Positions 1-11,665 of a stretch of DNA of 64,000 bases are shown here, in pieces (position 1 is the first letter of the stretch; each line of letters opens with the position of its first letter). A program made the translations under genes and the position numbers. Origin of the DNA: Bugula neritina (lineage: Eukaryota > Animalia > Bryozoa). The notes under the pieces were generated by a model. That model was not told the origin of the DNA. It saw nothing but the letters and a program-made list of their open reading frames with translations, and ran no database searches. Location: assembly GCA_964035545.1 (NCBI GenBank), contig OZ037767.1, positions 31,202,628 through 31,266,627 of the forward strand, given 5' to 3'.

Positions 1-3000
1 GCTGCCAGATTTGTCTGTCTGTGCAGAGTCAGCGATACCCAGCAAGTCTTGGATGGTATGGCCAGCTAAGCCGAGACTGTTCACGGGATTGCACACTACA
101 ACCTCTCCTGAACTCTTGGATGGTAGACTGGGCCGGCGCTCCTTTACACTGTGAAATAATCATACAAGCTCTAATTAGGGAGGACAGACAACTCCGGATA
201 GCTCAAGAATAATTACGTGACTTGCAGCAGAAAAAACCACATGCTTTATGTCTCAGCAACAAGAAATGTTAATAAATTTCTGAACTGGAATTACAGTGAA
301 AATGTGATAAGCTGACAAATGATTGCGGCTTGCTGATGAAAATCTTACCCGCCTATCTCTCCGCCGGCTACACTGGAAGAGCGACTTTTTGTTGAGGAGT
401 TTCTGCCCCATTTCTGAAAGAACACGGCATAAGTTGACACCATGTTTGCCCTTTGGCTGATTCATAATGCAAAGCACAACAAATACTTCATCTTACAAGA
501 GTGGGTTTACTAAGCATGTAGAGACAAATCCGAGAAATAATTAGAACCGATAACTCTGAGAATTAATTAGAAAAGACAACTCTAACAAACCATGATGATG
601 GAGTGAGTTATTGGCAATGTTATATAACTTTGCCGGCTCAAAAACAAGCTATCATCAAATTACTAGAACAGAGTAGTAATACAGAAAGAGAATTTACATG
701 CGGGTTATGTAACTGCAGATGCCGAGAAATTATTGTACAGTAGGACTGAAATTCTGTCTTTTCAAATAATTTTTCAAGATATTTGATTGAAGAAAGCAGC
801 AATGCATTGCATGCAATAAACGTAGCATCCAGACATTAATTGCAAAATCATAATGAGAAAAAATTCAAAAAAAGGAATTACTCAAGCTTTTCTACTATCA
901 AAATAATTTGAGTGAACTCAACAGATGTTAGTTGATACAAGTACTTTATCTGCAGATGATATTAAAAGTATTGCATCTGCAGGTGATATTAAAAGTATTG
1001 AATCTGCAGATGATATTAAAAGTATTGCATCTGCAGATGATATTAAAAGTATTGCATCTGCAGATGATATTAAAAGTATTGCATCTGCAGATGATATTAA
1101 AAGTATTGCATCTGGAGATGATGCTAAAAGTATTGCATCCGCAGAATTGGAGTCAAGTAAGCTGTTTGTATTACTGGACTAATGTTAACCAAATATTATG
1201 CTAGAAGTAGCTATTACTGAGTATTAGTATTAATAGAAGCAGCAGTAGTGTTGAAGCAATACTAATTGTAGACTTTGTTACTGACAATGTTTATGCTGGA
1301 AGAAGGTATTTAATGGGTAATAAGTGAAGTGAATAAGCAAAGTGAAAAAGAATAAAATATTATAATTATTATTTGTGGCTCAATGTTTCAATATGAATAT
1401 ATTACATACATTACATATATTAATATATATAATTGTACATTGTTTAGGAAATCATTATATCAATAACATATAGATTACTATTTCATTCAAAGTATTGGAT
1501 ATACTACTTATGAAGAGTGAGCTTTTATAGTGATTGTATTTGTTATTCCCATATTCACATTGACTACTGCATTTTCTACCAAAGTCAATATGAATATGAA
1601 TATAGACTCTCAATCTCAATCTGCATTTTGATATGGCACTCAGATTATAAGTTTTAAATTCCAGATAATTTACAACTAGAAATGAAAACTTACTAAAGTA
1701 TTTTAATAATCTTTTAATGCAACATAAACAAAACATAAATTACTATTAGTATTCACTACTAGTAGCCAACTACAGATTAAGTAGGTAACATCCTTGTTGG
1801 CAATCAAGTGTTTCCTGGCTGCTGATTGGTTGATGATAAATCATGAGAACTAATGTAGCAAATATCAAACAGAGTTTTACTGGGCTCACTAATTTTTTTT
1901 AATTCATCATTGAGAACACAACTCTTGAATGCTAAGCTTTTCATACATACTGCAGTAAAGATAGGAAACCTGTACACAGTAATTGAATTGAAAACAACCA
2001 ATTAAATAGTAGACAGTGTCCTGGTTATGGCCAGAAGAGAGACTACAATTACTTTACACGTTCTATTAATTGCTAAAACCATTAAAAGATAAAATCTAAA
2101 CCCAGTTGTCTTAGATTTCGCTTTAATGGCGTCAATATGGAGTTTAGATAGTCAATTATTTAGAGAAAAATAAAAAGGTAAAGTTTACTATTTCAACAAG
2201 ATAAAGTAAATGCAGAAGGACAAAATGAAAGTACACTTTGCATACGGGAGGTAGGAAAGTGCTACTCACCCGCTCAGTGGCCATCTGAATGACTGAACTG
2301 GAGAACTTGTAGTATTTAGTTGAGTCATCCCCAAATACCCGGTCGCTGCTGGCAGCTAACGGCTCATATATTGACTGATCCAGTAGAAGCTGACACAGCT
2401 GCAGGTAGAAACACCAAAATATTATATTAGGACTGGCAATATGATACATACATATATTCCATATAGGCGATAGTAATAATTGGTGCTGATAAAATATAAA
2501 AAAAGACAAAAAGATAAAGAAATTTGTTAAAAACATTTTGGATTTAAAATACAATTTAAAATTGGTAAAATAAAGAAAAGACGACCACATCAACTAAAAT
2601 ATTTCTAGTTCAGCTCTGAGGATGATATAATTTTCTAATCAATATTTTTATATGCAGACACTTTCAAAGAGAAGATAAATCATAGTAATTATTTATTTAC
2701 AATATAATATAAATGAAAGAACTAATTACATGGCTATGCAAAAGATAGAGCTAAAGGAACTATCTAGGATATGTAACCTTATCATTTCCACATGTTTGTT
2801 ATGCTTTATTTTGAAAATTTTTTTAAAGCCTTCAACTGGGAGGAAATTATAAGTTATTAGTTATTATTGTGGCTGGAAATAAATAACAAGTATTATAAAT
2901 ATATCTGTATTGTAGGATTACTTGCTAATACTAAAACATTTATATACCAGCTCTGAGTGTTTCAAATAGAACATTAAAGAATGGACACCACTGAGTTTAC

Positions 3001-4096
3001 CTACTAGAGTTACTATTATAGACATCACTGAGTTGATCTACTAGAGTTACTATTATAGACATCACTGAGTTGATCTACTAGAGTTACTATTATAGACATC
3101 ACTGAGTTTACCTACTAGAGTTGCTATTATAGACATCACTGAGTTTACCTACTAGAGTTACTATTATAGACATCACTGAGTTTACCTACTAGAGTTACTA
3201 TTATAGACATCACTGAGTTGATCTACTAGATTCACTATTATAGACATCACTGAGTTTACCTACTAGAGTTACTATTATAGACACCACTGAGTTTACCTAC
3301 TAGAGTTACTATTATAGACACCACCGAGTTTACCTACTAGATTCACAATGTCTCACCTTCAGAGCTTTGTCTCTGTTAATATCAGAAGTCTTAAGATTGT
3401 CTCTATCGCTCATCAGATAGTACAGTACTGTGTCACACACATCGCTGCCGGTAAAGCACTCGGTGGGGCCGACTCCCTTCAGCAGCAGTCGTCTCCTCTT
3501 CTGCTTCACATTCTCGTAGACATACTGAACGAGGGTGAGCCACAGGGACGTGGCCTTGAAACTGGCGGCTGTAACCAGCACAGTCATAATACAGTATATA
3601 TCAGGGTAGAGACAACTCCTCACGCTCACATACAACTAAGTTTGACAATTTATTAGTTTTTTATGAAAGTAGAAAAAATATGGGGTGTCACTCAAGAGTA
3701 AGCAATGATGGAGCCCATTTACTTCAGTAATTGCAATCAAACCAGTTAACAAGGAAATTAGGCAACAACTAAATTTCTTATCAAACAGGGTATATTGATG
3801 CTATGCCACAGTTTCTATTCAACTTATATGAGGTGCCACCAGCAGCATTTTTAGAATTTTTGCTGCCAAGGAAAGTAGCGCTGTCATTAGGAAGTGAATA
3901 TTAGTGTTTAGGCTGCCAAGAGCAAATTTAGATGGCTGAGTTAGCAGCTAAGAAAGGTAAAACTCAACAACCAGTATGCGCGTGTAACTTAAACTTATTA
4001 GTCTAACTTGGTCACCCAAAGACAAGATAAATTTGTAGCTTGAGTTTACAAGACCTTACCGTTTGCACCGGATGGTTGTGAGAGATTAGAAAGCAT
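1..4096 (-). CDS. DEPDC7: DEP domain-containing protein, DEPDC7/DEPDC4-like (5' part; gene continues beyond the left edge)
   Basis: Phase-consistent GT-AG exons 4060-4096 (ATG), 3357-3568, 2270-2398, 349-413, 1-148. Translation FKATSLWLTLVQYVYENVKQKRRR...CFTGSDVCDTVLYYL...INRDKALK|LCQLLLDQSIYE...FGDDSTKYYKF resembles the N-terminal DEP domain of DEPDC7 as recalled (ATxxW...KRR...CFxGSEAVD...CQALMD...FEDSSxxLYRF). Confidence 0.8.
948..1145. repeat. 27-bp minisatellite (atctgcagatgatattaaaagtattgc), ~7 copies, mid-intron
   Basis: Directly visible tandem array; it explains the SIASADDIK pseudo-ORF. Confidence 0.95.
2984..3346. repeat. 37-bp minisatellite (gacatcactgagtttacctactagagttactattata), ~10 copies, ending ~10 nt from the DEPDC7 donor at 3356
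   Basis: Directly visible; many units carry a minus-strand donor-like AG/GTAAAC. Confidence 0.95.
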
Positions 4097-4908
4097 GACA
4101 GCAGTTAACAATGTTAGCAGTTAGTATCTTATATTACAGCGCCTTTTCATCACCCTGTGAACAAAAACAAGTATCAATTATTACATGTAGCATTGCGTGA
4201 TAGGCTAAACCTCTTTTAGATTTAGAGAATGTCTTCTAGTTTTTTTTTTAAAAATGTAATTTTATTTCACTCTGACAAAGCATATTACTTGAGGCATTAA
4301 AACTTTGATGATGCCACCTCATAAGACAAACTCAGCTTAGCTATGTGCTAAAATCCTATACATTACAATAGAAATCCTAAAACATAAAATTAGCTACATC
4401 ATGTTCAGCATGTATGCTAGAATTAAAATAAATTAATTTCAACATATGATAAACCCAAACAAAGACAACATAAGAGGCACTCATAAATTTTTACCTGTAG
4501 TTGTTACCAGAGTGTTCTATTTTTAAGAGGTAAGTTACAAGGTCAGTTACAATCACAATGACAACGATTAACTGACAATGTGAAACTGATGTCACTTTCA
4601 CTCTCATTTGGAGTTAACTTTTAAGATTTATGATTTATTTTCAAATTCAATGTCAAACTCAATTTCAAACTAAAATTGAAAGTCAATGTGACACCAACTA
4701 TAAACTATAAATATAATATTAATAATAATATTTATATTAATAATATCACTATTATTATTAATTTAATTTAACACATTTTGATTTATACTACTACTAATGC
4801 TACTGGTATAAGTATTACTATTTCTATTAGTATTACTATTACTATTAGTATTATATTACTATTACTATTAGTATTCGTATTACGATTACGGATTACTGGG
4901 ATTAGTAT

Positions 4909-5254
4909 TGTAATAGAATTATATACGTGTGTGTGTTTCTTTTGTGTGCTCCTGTTGCCCGAGATCGGCATTTCGGTCTTTCGAAACTCCGAAATGCCGA
5001 TAGTCGGCATTTCGGACCTATCGGCATTTCGGATCTCCGATCTCGGCAACAAAGAAATTTCTGTTCTGCCTTTGTATATAAAAGCCAGCGAGTTTCAGAG
5101 TAGTTCAGTCTAATGCTGGAGCTCGCTGGAAGAAGACCTATATTATTCTACACAATAAAGCTTATCATCGACTATACTACCTACCACATCTTGTTCTCTC
5201 TTACAAAGAGCATGTTCTAGCACTAGTTGCATTCAAACCCACAAATCTATCACA
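4909..5254 (+). mobile_element. Solo LTR of an LTR retrotransposon (346 bp, 4-bp TSD GTAT)
   Basis: Begins TGTAATAGAATT and ends AAATCTATCACA (TG...CA termini, 10/12 inverted repeat). GTAT flanks both sides (4905-4908, 5255-5258). Internal TATATAAAAG (5075) then AATAAA (5154). A GC-rich island interrupting a continuous low-complexity tract. Confidence 0.8.
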
Positions 5255-5899
5255 GTATTACTACTACTATTAGTATCAGACTTTGTATTACTATTGTCTA
5301 TTACTATTAGTATCAGTATTACTATTAGTAATGGTAATACTTACAGTTATACTAATAACTAATAAGTGATACCATGCTGATACTCATACTAAACCTTGAG
5401 TGTTTCCAAGCGTTCTCTCACTATGACTATGATAGACTACGTCTTTAAAGGTATTCAAAGTATTACTAGTATTACTATAGTATTACTATTAGTATTACTA
5501 TTAGTATTAGTAATACTTATACTAATAACTGAACTTAAACTAATAGTAATAGTAATACTAATAGTAATACTAATAGCAATAAATAACTATAAGATTAAGT
5601 ATAACTATAAGTATTAATAAAAGTAATAACTAATATTAATTATCATAATATTAATAATTAATATTATAATTTAATTATCAATATAAATATTAAATTTATT
5701 AAAAAGTTAAACATTATGATTATTATTATTATTAAATAATAATTTAAATAATTATAAATATTTATATTAATTATGTTATTGTTATTGCTATTCTTTATGC
5801 CAGAAAATTGAACAAGGTATAATGAATTTTATTAACGACTTATTAATATCAGTCATTTCATCTGTTACTTTTGCAATAGCAAGAAAAATAAACCCCTGA

Positions 5900-6280
5900 T
5901 CAATAACTAAAAATTTTACTATAAGTTATACTTATAAGTTTTAACTTATAACATTAACTCTCTTTTTAAATAAAGCGCTGTAAACCGGAAAATGTTATTG
6001 GAATACGTTTTTGTTTAAAAGTCTACAATGCAGGTACGCAATGTGTTTTAAAAGCGCTAGTACGATTCTGGTGCATAATACGTCGTACTTGAGCCATCCC
6101 TATCAAATTTGGTCCGACTCAACATTGCTAATGTTTTAGTTTATGGTGGTATCCGTGTTGCTAGCCGGTAAACTTCGATTGCAATTATTTCATAGTGCTA
6201 TTGAGAGTTGAAACGAAGTAGCTAGGTTATTTTGTTAAATAATACGCTTACAGTTGCTTTTAAATTTTTTTGCATTGACA
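5900..6280. promoter_or_regulatory. Probable bidirectional promoter region DEPDC7-like/PDHA1
   Basis: Head-to-head gene arrangement, local CpG enrichment and an ETS-like ACCGGAAA near 5985. Transcription starts are not directly observable. Confidence 0.4.
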
Positions 6281-6282
6281 CC

Positions 6283-9200
6283 ATGTTGAAACAAATTTGC
6301 CAAAGATTTACACGTCAGGTCAGTTTTAAACTTTTCGTTTAACCTTTTACTTTCACTTTGTCTTTTAAGTTTCACTTTCATTCAGTTTAATTTTTCATTC
6401 ATTTTCAACATGAACATTTGATTTACTTTTAGTTTTGCATTAGTAATTATACTTATTATAATTTTTGGGATTAATAGTAATATAATTTATGATTTTGATT
6501 ATAATATTAATTTACTTGTTTGGTTCTTAGTTTTTATTTTAAAATCAATTTATTTTTAATATAAATTTTAGATTTTTAATAATAATGCCAAGTTTTACTA
6601 GGTTTTACTTGGATTTCAACTTTTGTTTTTTTTGCACTAAATTCAATAATCATATTGATGATGATAATGATTACTGATTTTGCATTCTGATCCTCATTTT
6701 ACATCAACAAATATTGCAATGTGAATAATTATAATATCATTATGATTATTTATTATTATTTAGGATTCATCTTTTTAAATTTGTACTGAATCAGTATGAA
6801 TAACATAATAAAATTTGATTAATTAAAATTGATTATTTATGTCATTACTGATTCTGATCATATTACTGTATTAGCTATTTTTATAGCAGTCACAGTGATA
6901 ACCATAAGGATTATAAAGATAATCATAATGATTTATATTCTACACATACTGAGAGTTATAATATTATTGTTATTGTATCTATGAAGTCGGGCTATTATTT
7001 GAACTGTCATGACATCATAATTATTTATAATACTGGATGTGTCTGTGAATGACTTGGCACCTTAATTTAACATCTACATATTAACTGTGAGTCAACTAAT
7101 TAGTGTTCCACTACTTAAACTTTAGTCTGAAACTCTTCATTTTGCAGATTTGTGCTGTTCCGAAGGGCTCAACCTACAGTACTTTAAGCCAAATAGAAAT
7201 TGAGTTTGAGGTAAGTTTAAATGCCATACTTATATTTTACTTGACAATGAATAAACAGGCTTGTCATAGTAGTACACTCTGTTCCAAACCATGCAAGTGT
7301 TCACTTTTCTATTTAAATAAATGTTTGTTTAAGTTTAGAAAATTTTAAAAAATGTGTTATTTATATTGTTGAGAATTTTAGTTTTGTGATATGTTTGCAG
7401 CTTTTACTAAGAGTGTTCTTACCTGCTGTATAATATTCCAGCCCTTCAGATTACATGGCATAGAGAATGGACCTGAAAACAGAGCCATACTCACTCGAGA
7501 CGAGGCACTCAAGTACTACAGACAGATGGTGGCTGTGCGCAAAATGGAGACAGAGGCTAGCAACATGTACAAGAGCAAAGAGATAAGAGGGTTCTGTCAC
7601 CTCTACTCTGGCCAGGTGAGTCATTCTGTCACCTTTACTCTGGTCAGGTGAGTCATTCTGTCACCTTTACTCTGGTCAGGTGAGTCATTCTGTCACTTTT
7701 ACTCTGGTCAGGTGAGTCATTCCGTCACCTTTACTCTGGTCAGGTGAGTCATTCCGTCACCTTTACTCTGGTCAGGTGAGTCATTCTGTCACCTTTACTC
7801 TGGTCAGGTGAGTCATTCCGTCACCTTTACTCTGGTCAGGTGAGTCATTCTGTCACCTTTACTACGGTCAGGTGAGTCATTCTGTCACCTCTACTCTGGT
7901 TAGGTGAGTCATTCTGTCACCTTTACTCTGGTTAGGTGAGTCATTCTGTCACCTTTACTTTGGCCAGGTAAGTCATTCTGTCACCTTTACTATTCGCAAA
8001 GTTGCAGCTGGTTTACTTTTAAGTATCCTAATATGATTGCCATTTTTATCTGTTTTATTGAGGAAAATAAATAATTGTTCACCAGTTGCCAGTCAATGAA
8101 GAGCTGTATAAACTACTCAGTACATTGTATACATAAGTCAGTTGGTTCCCTGCTTACAGGAAGCTTGCTGTGTCGGGATGGAGGCGATACTAAGGAAATC
8201 TGACGCTGTCATCACGGCGTACAGAGCTCATGGCTGGACGTACACTCGTGGAGTTCCCATGGCGGCAATTCTAGCTGAGCTGACAGGTGCGTAAGTGTCT
8301 CTGTTAGCTGGTCGTTGCTGATTGAGAGTATATAATACATAGTAATAGTGCGTGTGTGTAGTCTCGGTAGCGAGTGTGTCTTCTGTGGCATGTATGTAGG
8401 TTGTGGACCATGAATGTTTTCACTTATTCATCAGTGGTAAAGCACTGTTAGTATGTATGTTGTCTATGAATGAGGCGAGTATTGTACAGGAGGGAACGAT
8501 TACTAAACTCTAGTACTATGATTTTGGTTTCATCTAACATCGTATGCTGAGATACTTGAGTGTTGCTAGAAGTGAAGTATCGTTATAGTTTTATGCAGAC
8601 ACTCCTTATGGATTACTTCTTTCTGCAGGCAAGAGAAGTGGTTGTGCAAAAGGCAAGGGTGGCTCCATGCACATGTACGGAGAGGGCTTCTACGGTGGAA
8701 ATGGTATTGTGGGTGCACAGGTACTGTTTACCCGATACTGTAAACTCTACTGGCTCTTACATGTGTTGGAGTGCTTTGTAATGTGTAGTTGTCTTCCTTC
8801 CTATGTTTGGTAATGCTCTCTTGTGTTTGTAAATATCCTACAGCATTTTTTTTATTTTTGATTAGTAAATTAAATACCTGTTTGTACTGAATAGCCTGTG
8901 CACTATATTGTACTGAATAGCCTGTGCACCATCTTGTACTGAATAGCCTGTGCACCATCTTGTACTGAATAGTCTGAGTACTTGCTTTCAATCTGCAGGT
9001 GCCTCTGGGGGCGGGTATAGCCCTAGCCATGAAGTATCAGGGTACAGATAACATATGTCTATCCCTGTACGGGGACGGGGCAGCCAACCAGGGCCAGGTT
9101 TTTGAGTCGTACAACATGGCTAAGTTGTGGGACCTGCCAGTCATATTCATCTGTGAGAACAACAAGTACGGCATGGGAACCGCTGTCGAGAGGGCCGCTG

Positions 9201-10926
9201 CCTCTACGGAATTCTATAGCAGAGGGGATTTCATACCGGGTCTCTGGGTAAACTCTTACTCTGTATACTTTGATGTGATATGTGCATGGTAATCAGCACT
9301 AAATCTTGTGTTATTGTGTTTGATAATGTGGGCTTCATTTCATTTCAGTTGTTATTATGCTACAATGTAAATAATATTTGATAATGACTAATGGACAACC
9401 AATATGAGCTAAAAATACTTTCAAATTGATGAAGAAGGCCTCAGCATAGGCTGTGTGTTGTCTGAACAGGTGGACGGTATGGACGTGCTGGCCGTACGTC
9501 AAGCTACCGAATGGGCTGCCGCTTGGTGCAGATCAGGTAAAGGTCCTTTGGTGATGGAGGTAGAAACTTACAGATACCACGGGCACAGTATGTCTGACCC
9601 AGGAACCAGGTAAGTCTTCACAGAGTGTTAGTTCTGTTCTGTTGAAGTTGAGAAAGCATAGTAAAGGTATAAACTCTCTGTTGTTGTGAAGATACTAGCT
9701 TACTTATTTCTGCAACTGATACTGGTTACAGGTGAGCCAACTGTTAGGATGATATTAGAGTTTAATCTCAGTTATGAGTTTCATCTTTGATTTTTTCAAA
9801 GACTAGGTTGCGAAATAAAATCTGGACCAGAAATTCAACCCTCAGTTTGTATTTGTGTAGTGTAATTTCCTGCATACACGCCAGACCATCTCTTATCCCA
9901 TATGCTGGATATTTCCACTAGGGGAGTATTTGATATGGTGTTGTTGTAGTTACCCTACTAGTTCTACTGAGAAGAGTATTTGATATGGTGTTGTTTTAGT
10001 TACCCTACTAGTTCTACTGAGAGGAGTATTTGATATGGTGTTGTTTTAGTTACCCTACTAGTTCTACTGAGAGGAGTATTTGATATGGTGTTGTTGTAGT
10101 TACCCTACTAGTTCTACTGAGAGGAGTATTTGATATGGTGTTGTTGTAGTTACCCTACTAGTTCTACTGAGAAGAGTATTTGATATGGTGTTGTTGTAGT
10201 TACCCTACTAGTTCTACTGAGAAGAGTATTTGATATGGTGTTGTTGTAGTTACCCTACTAGTTCTACTGAGAGGAGTATTTGATATGGTGTTGTTGTAGT
10301 TACCCTACTAGTTCTACTGAGAAGAGTATTTGATATGGTGTTGTTTTAGTTACCCTACTAGTTCTACTGAGAGGAGTATTTGATATGGTGTTGTTTTAGT
10401 TACCGTACTCGAGACGAAGTTGCAGAAGTCAGGAAGCTCAGGGATCCTATCAATCAGTTTAAGAGTAAAATTTTAGAGACTAATTTGGTAACAGCCGAAG
10501 ACTTGCAGGTAAATTTAATTTTTCTGTTATTAGTTGTATATTTTTTCTTCTTGGTAAATAAAAATGGGTCATCTTTTTATAAGCGCACTAGGGGAAAGTC
10601 TTCTACACTTTTATTTGATATGATTTATTCGAAATCTCTTTCAACTATAATAGCTTTGAACATGTTTTTGTGATCTGAAATCACTACTCGTAAACTACTC
10701 CAAGAGCTGGTTGATGTTCTATCTTCTATGCACTAGTATGGCATTCACTCTTATAACTTTATAGAAACTGGACAAGGAGGTTAAAGAGGAAGTCAAGGAA
10801 GCCATAAGGATAGCCAAAGAAGACATTGAACTGCCGCTAGAAGAAATGTTCAATGACATCTACAGCAAACCAGATCCAGATTACAAAGTTCGCACATCTG
10901 ATGCATCCTTTCACTCTTCTCAGTGA
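6283..10926 (+). CDS. PDHA1: Pyruvate dehydrogenase E1 alpha subunit, mitochondrial (~383 aa)
   Basis: Exons 6283-6318, 7148-7210, 7442-7615, 8160-8286, 8629-8720, 8999-9247, 9470-9609, 10400-10508, 10765-10926. Motifs [40 protein letters not shown]-binding [10 protein letters not shown]...CENN and [19 protein letters not shown]. Confidence 0.97.
7592..7991. repeat. 32-bp splice-donor minisatellite (gtcacctttactctggtcag/gtgagtcattct), ~12 copies
   Basis: The first copy is the last ~20 nt of PDHA1 exon 3 plus its donor (7615/7616). Confidence 0.97.
8882..8975. repeat. 26-bp minisatellite (tgtactgaatagcctgtgcaccatct), ~3.5 copies, ~25 nt before the acceptor at 8998
   Basis: Directly visible. 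Confidence 0.9.
9924..10409. repeat. 50-bp splice-acceptor minisatellite, ~10 copies
   Basis: Unit gagtatttgatatggtgttgtt(g/t)tag/ttaccctactagttctactgaga(g/a); the last copy is the true acceptor (10399/10400) running into exon TTACCGTACT. Confidence 0.97.
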
Positions 10927-11665
10927 TCTTAACTTTAGATTTTTTGTGTCGTCGAATCTCTTAGAATTACAGAGATGCCTTTTTTGTTAAGATGCAAGTA
11001 TTTTTATATTACCATCGGTCAGCTGTTTATGCTTTTTTCATAGCATTTTGATACATCAAATGCTCAAAACCTCTGCATTGTGAAAATATAGTAACTATTT
11101 TTGGTGGTGTAGAAATTATACAGTATTTGTATTGTGCATGTTAGTAATTTATCAACTTGTAAAATAATAGCCACTGTTTTATTACTATATTTTATTTATT
11201 TCAAGCTGACAAACAAGTTAGCAAGTAGCAGAACACAAGTAGGGGGAGATTATCACCATATCATCACAGCAACTAATAAAATATTGTGTATAAGTATGGA
11301 ATATGCAATGTTTAAAATAGAACACTAACTATGTGCAAGAGGACATTTTAAGAACATCAGCGTTTTAGAAAATCAATAAAAAATATATTAACTGCATAGC
11401 TATTAGAAAAACACGGCATATCTTGTGGACATTATAGAAATTCATCAGTTACTTGTATAGTTGTGTGAATATACAGGTTTTAAGTTAGACTAGAACATAT
11501 TAACTTCAACTGCTCTAAGTAATTCATACTCTAAGCATCAAACCCTCACCTAAGCCATATACTTGCCCCAAGAGGGCGCACTAAGCTAGAGGTCACAACC
11601 TCCAGTGCTGCAACTAGACTGCCACAGTCACTACCTGTGAGGGCAGCAGACTCTTTAGGAATAAT

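Noticed and set aside
925-1204. ORFs with SIASADDIK / MILKVLHLQ repeats
   Set aside because: By-products of a 27-bp minisatellite, antisense within the DEPDC7 intron.
1804-2001. Minus-strand 65-aa ORF as an extra DEPDC7 exon
   Set aside because: Candidate acceptors do not fit the phase-0 upstream exon without a stop; exons 2270-2398 and 349-413 join in frame without it.
4778-5617. Hydrophobic Ile/Leu/Thr-rich ORFs as membrane proteins
   Set aside because: Derived from triplet-periodic low-complexity DNA and the solo LTR.
2984-10409. 37-, 32- and 50-bp arrays as CRISPR arrays
   Set aside because: Head-to-tail repeats with no unique spacers, no cas genes, and located inside spliceosomal introns.
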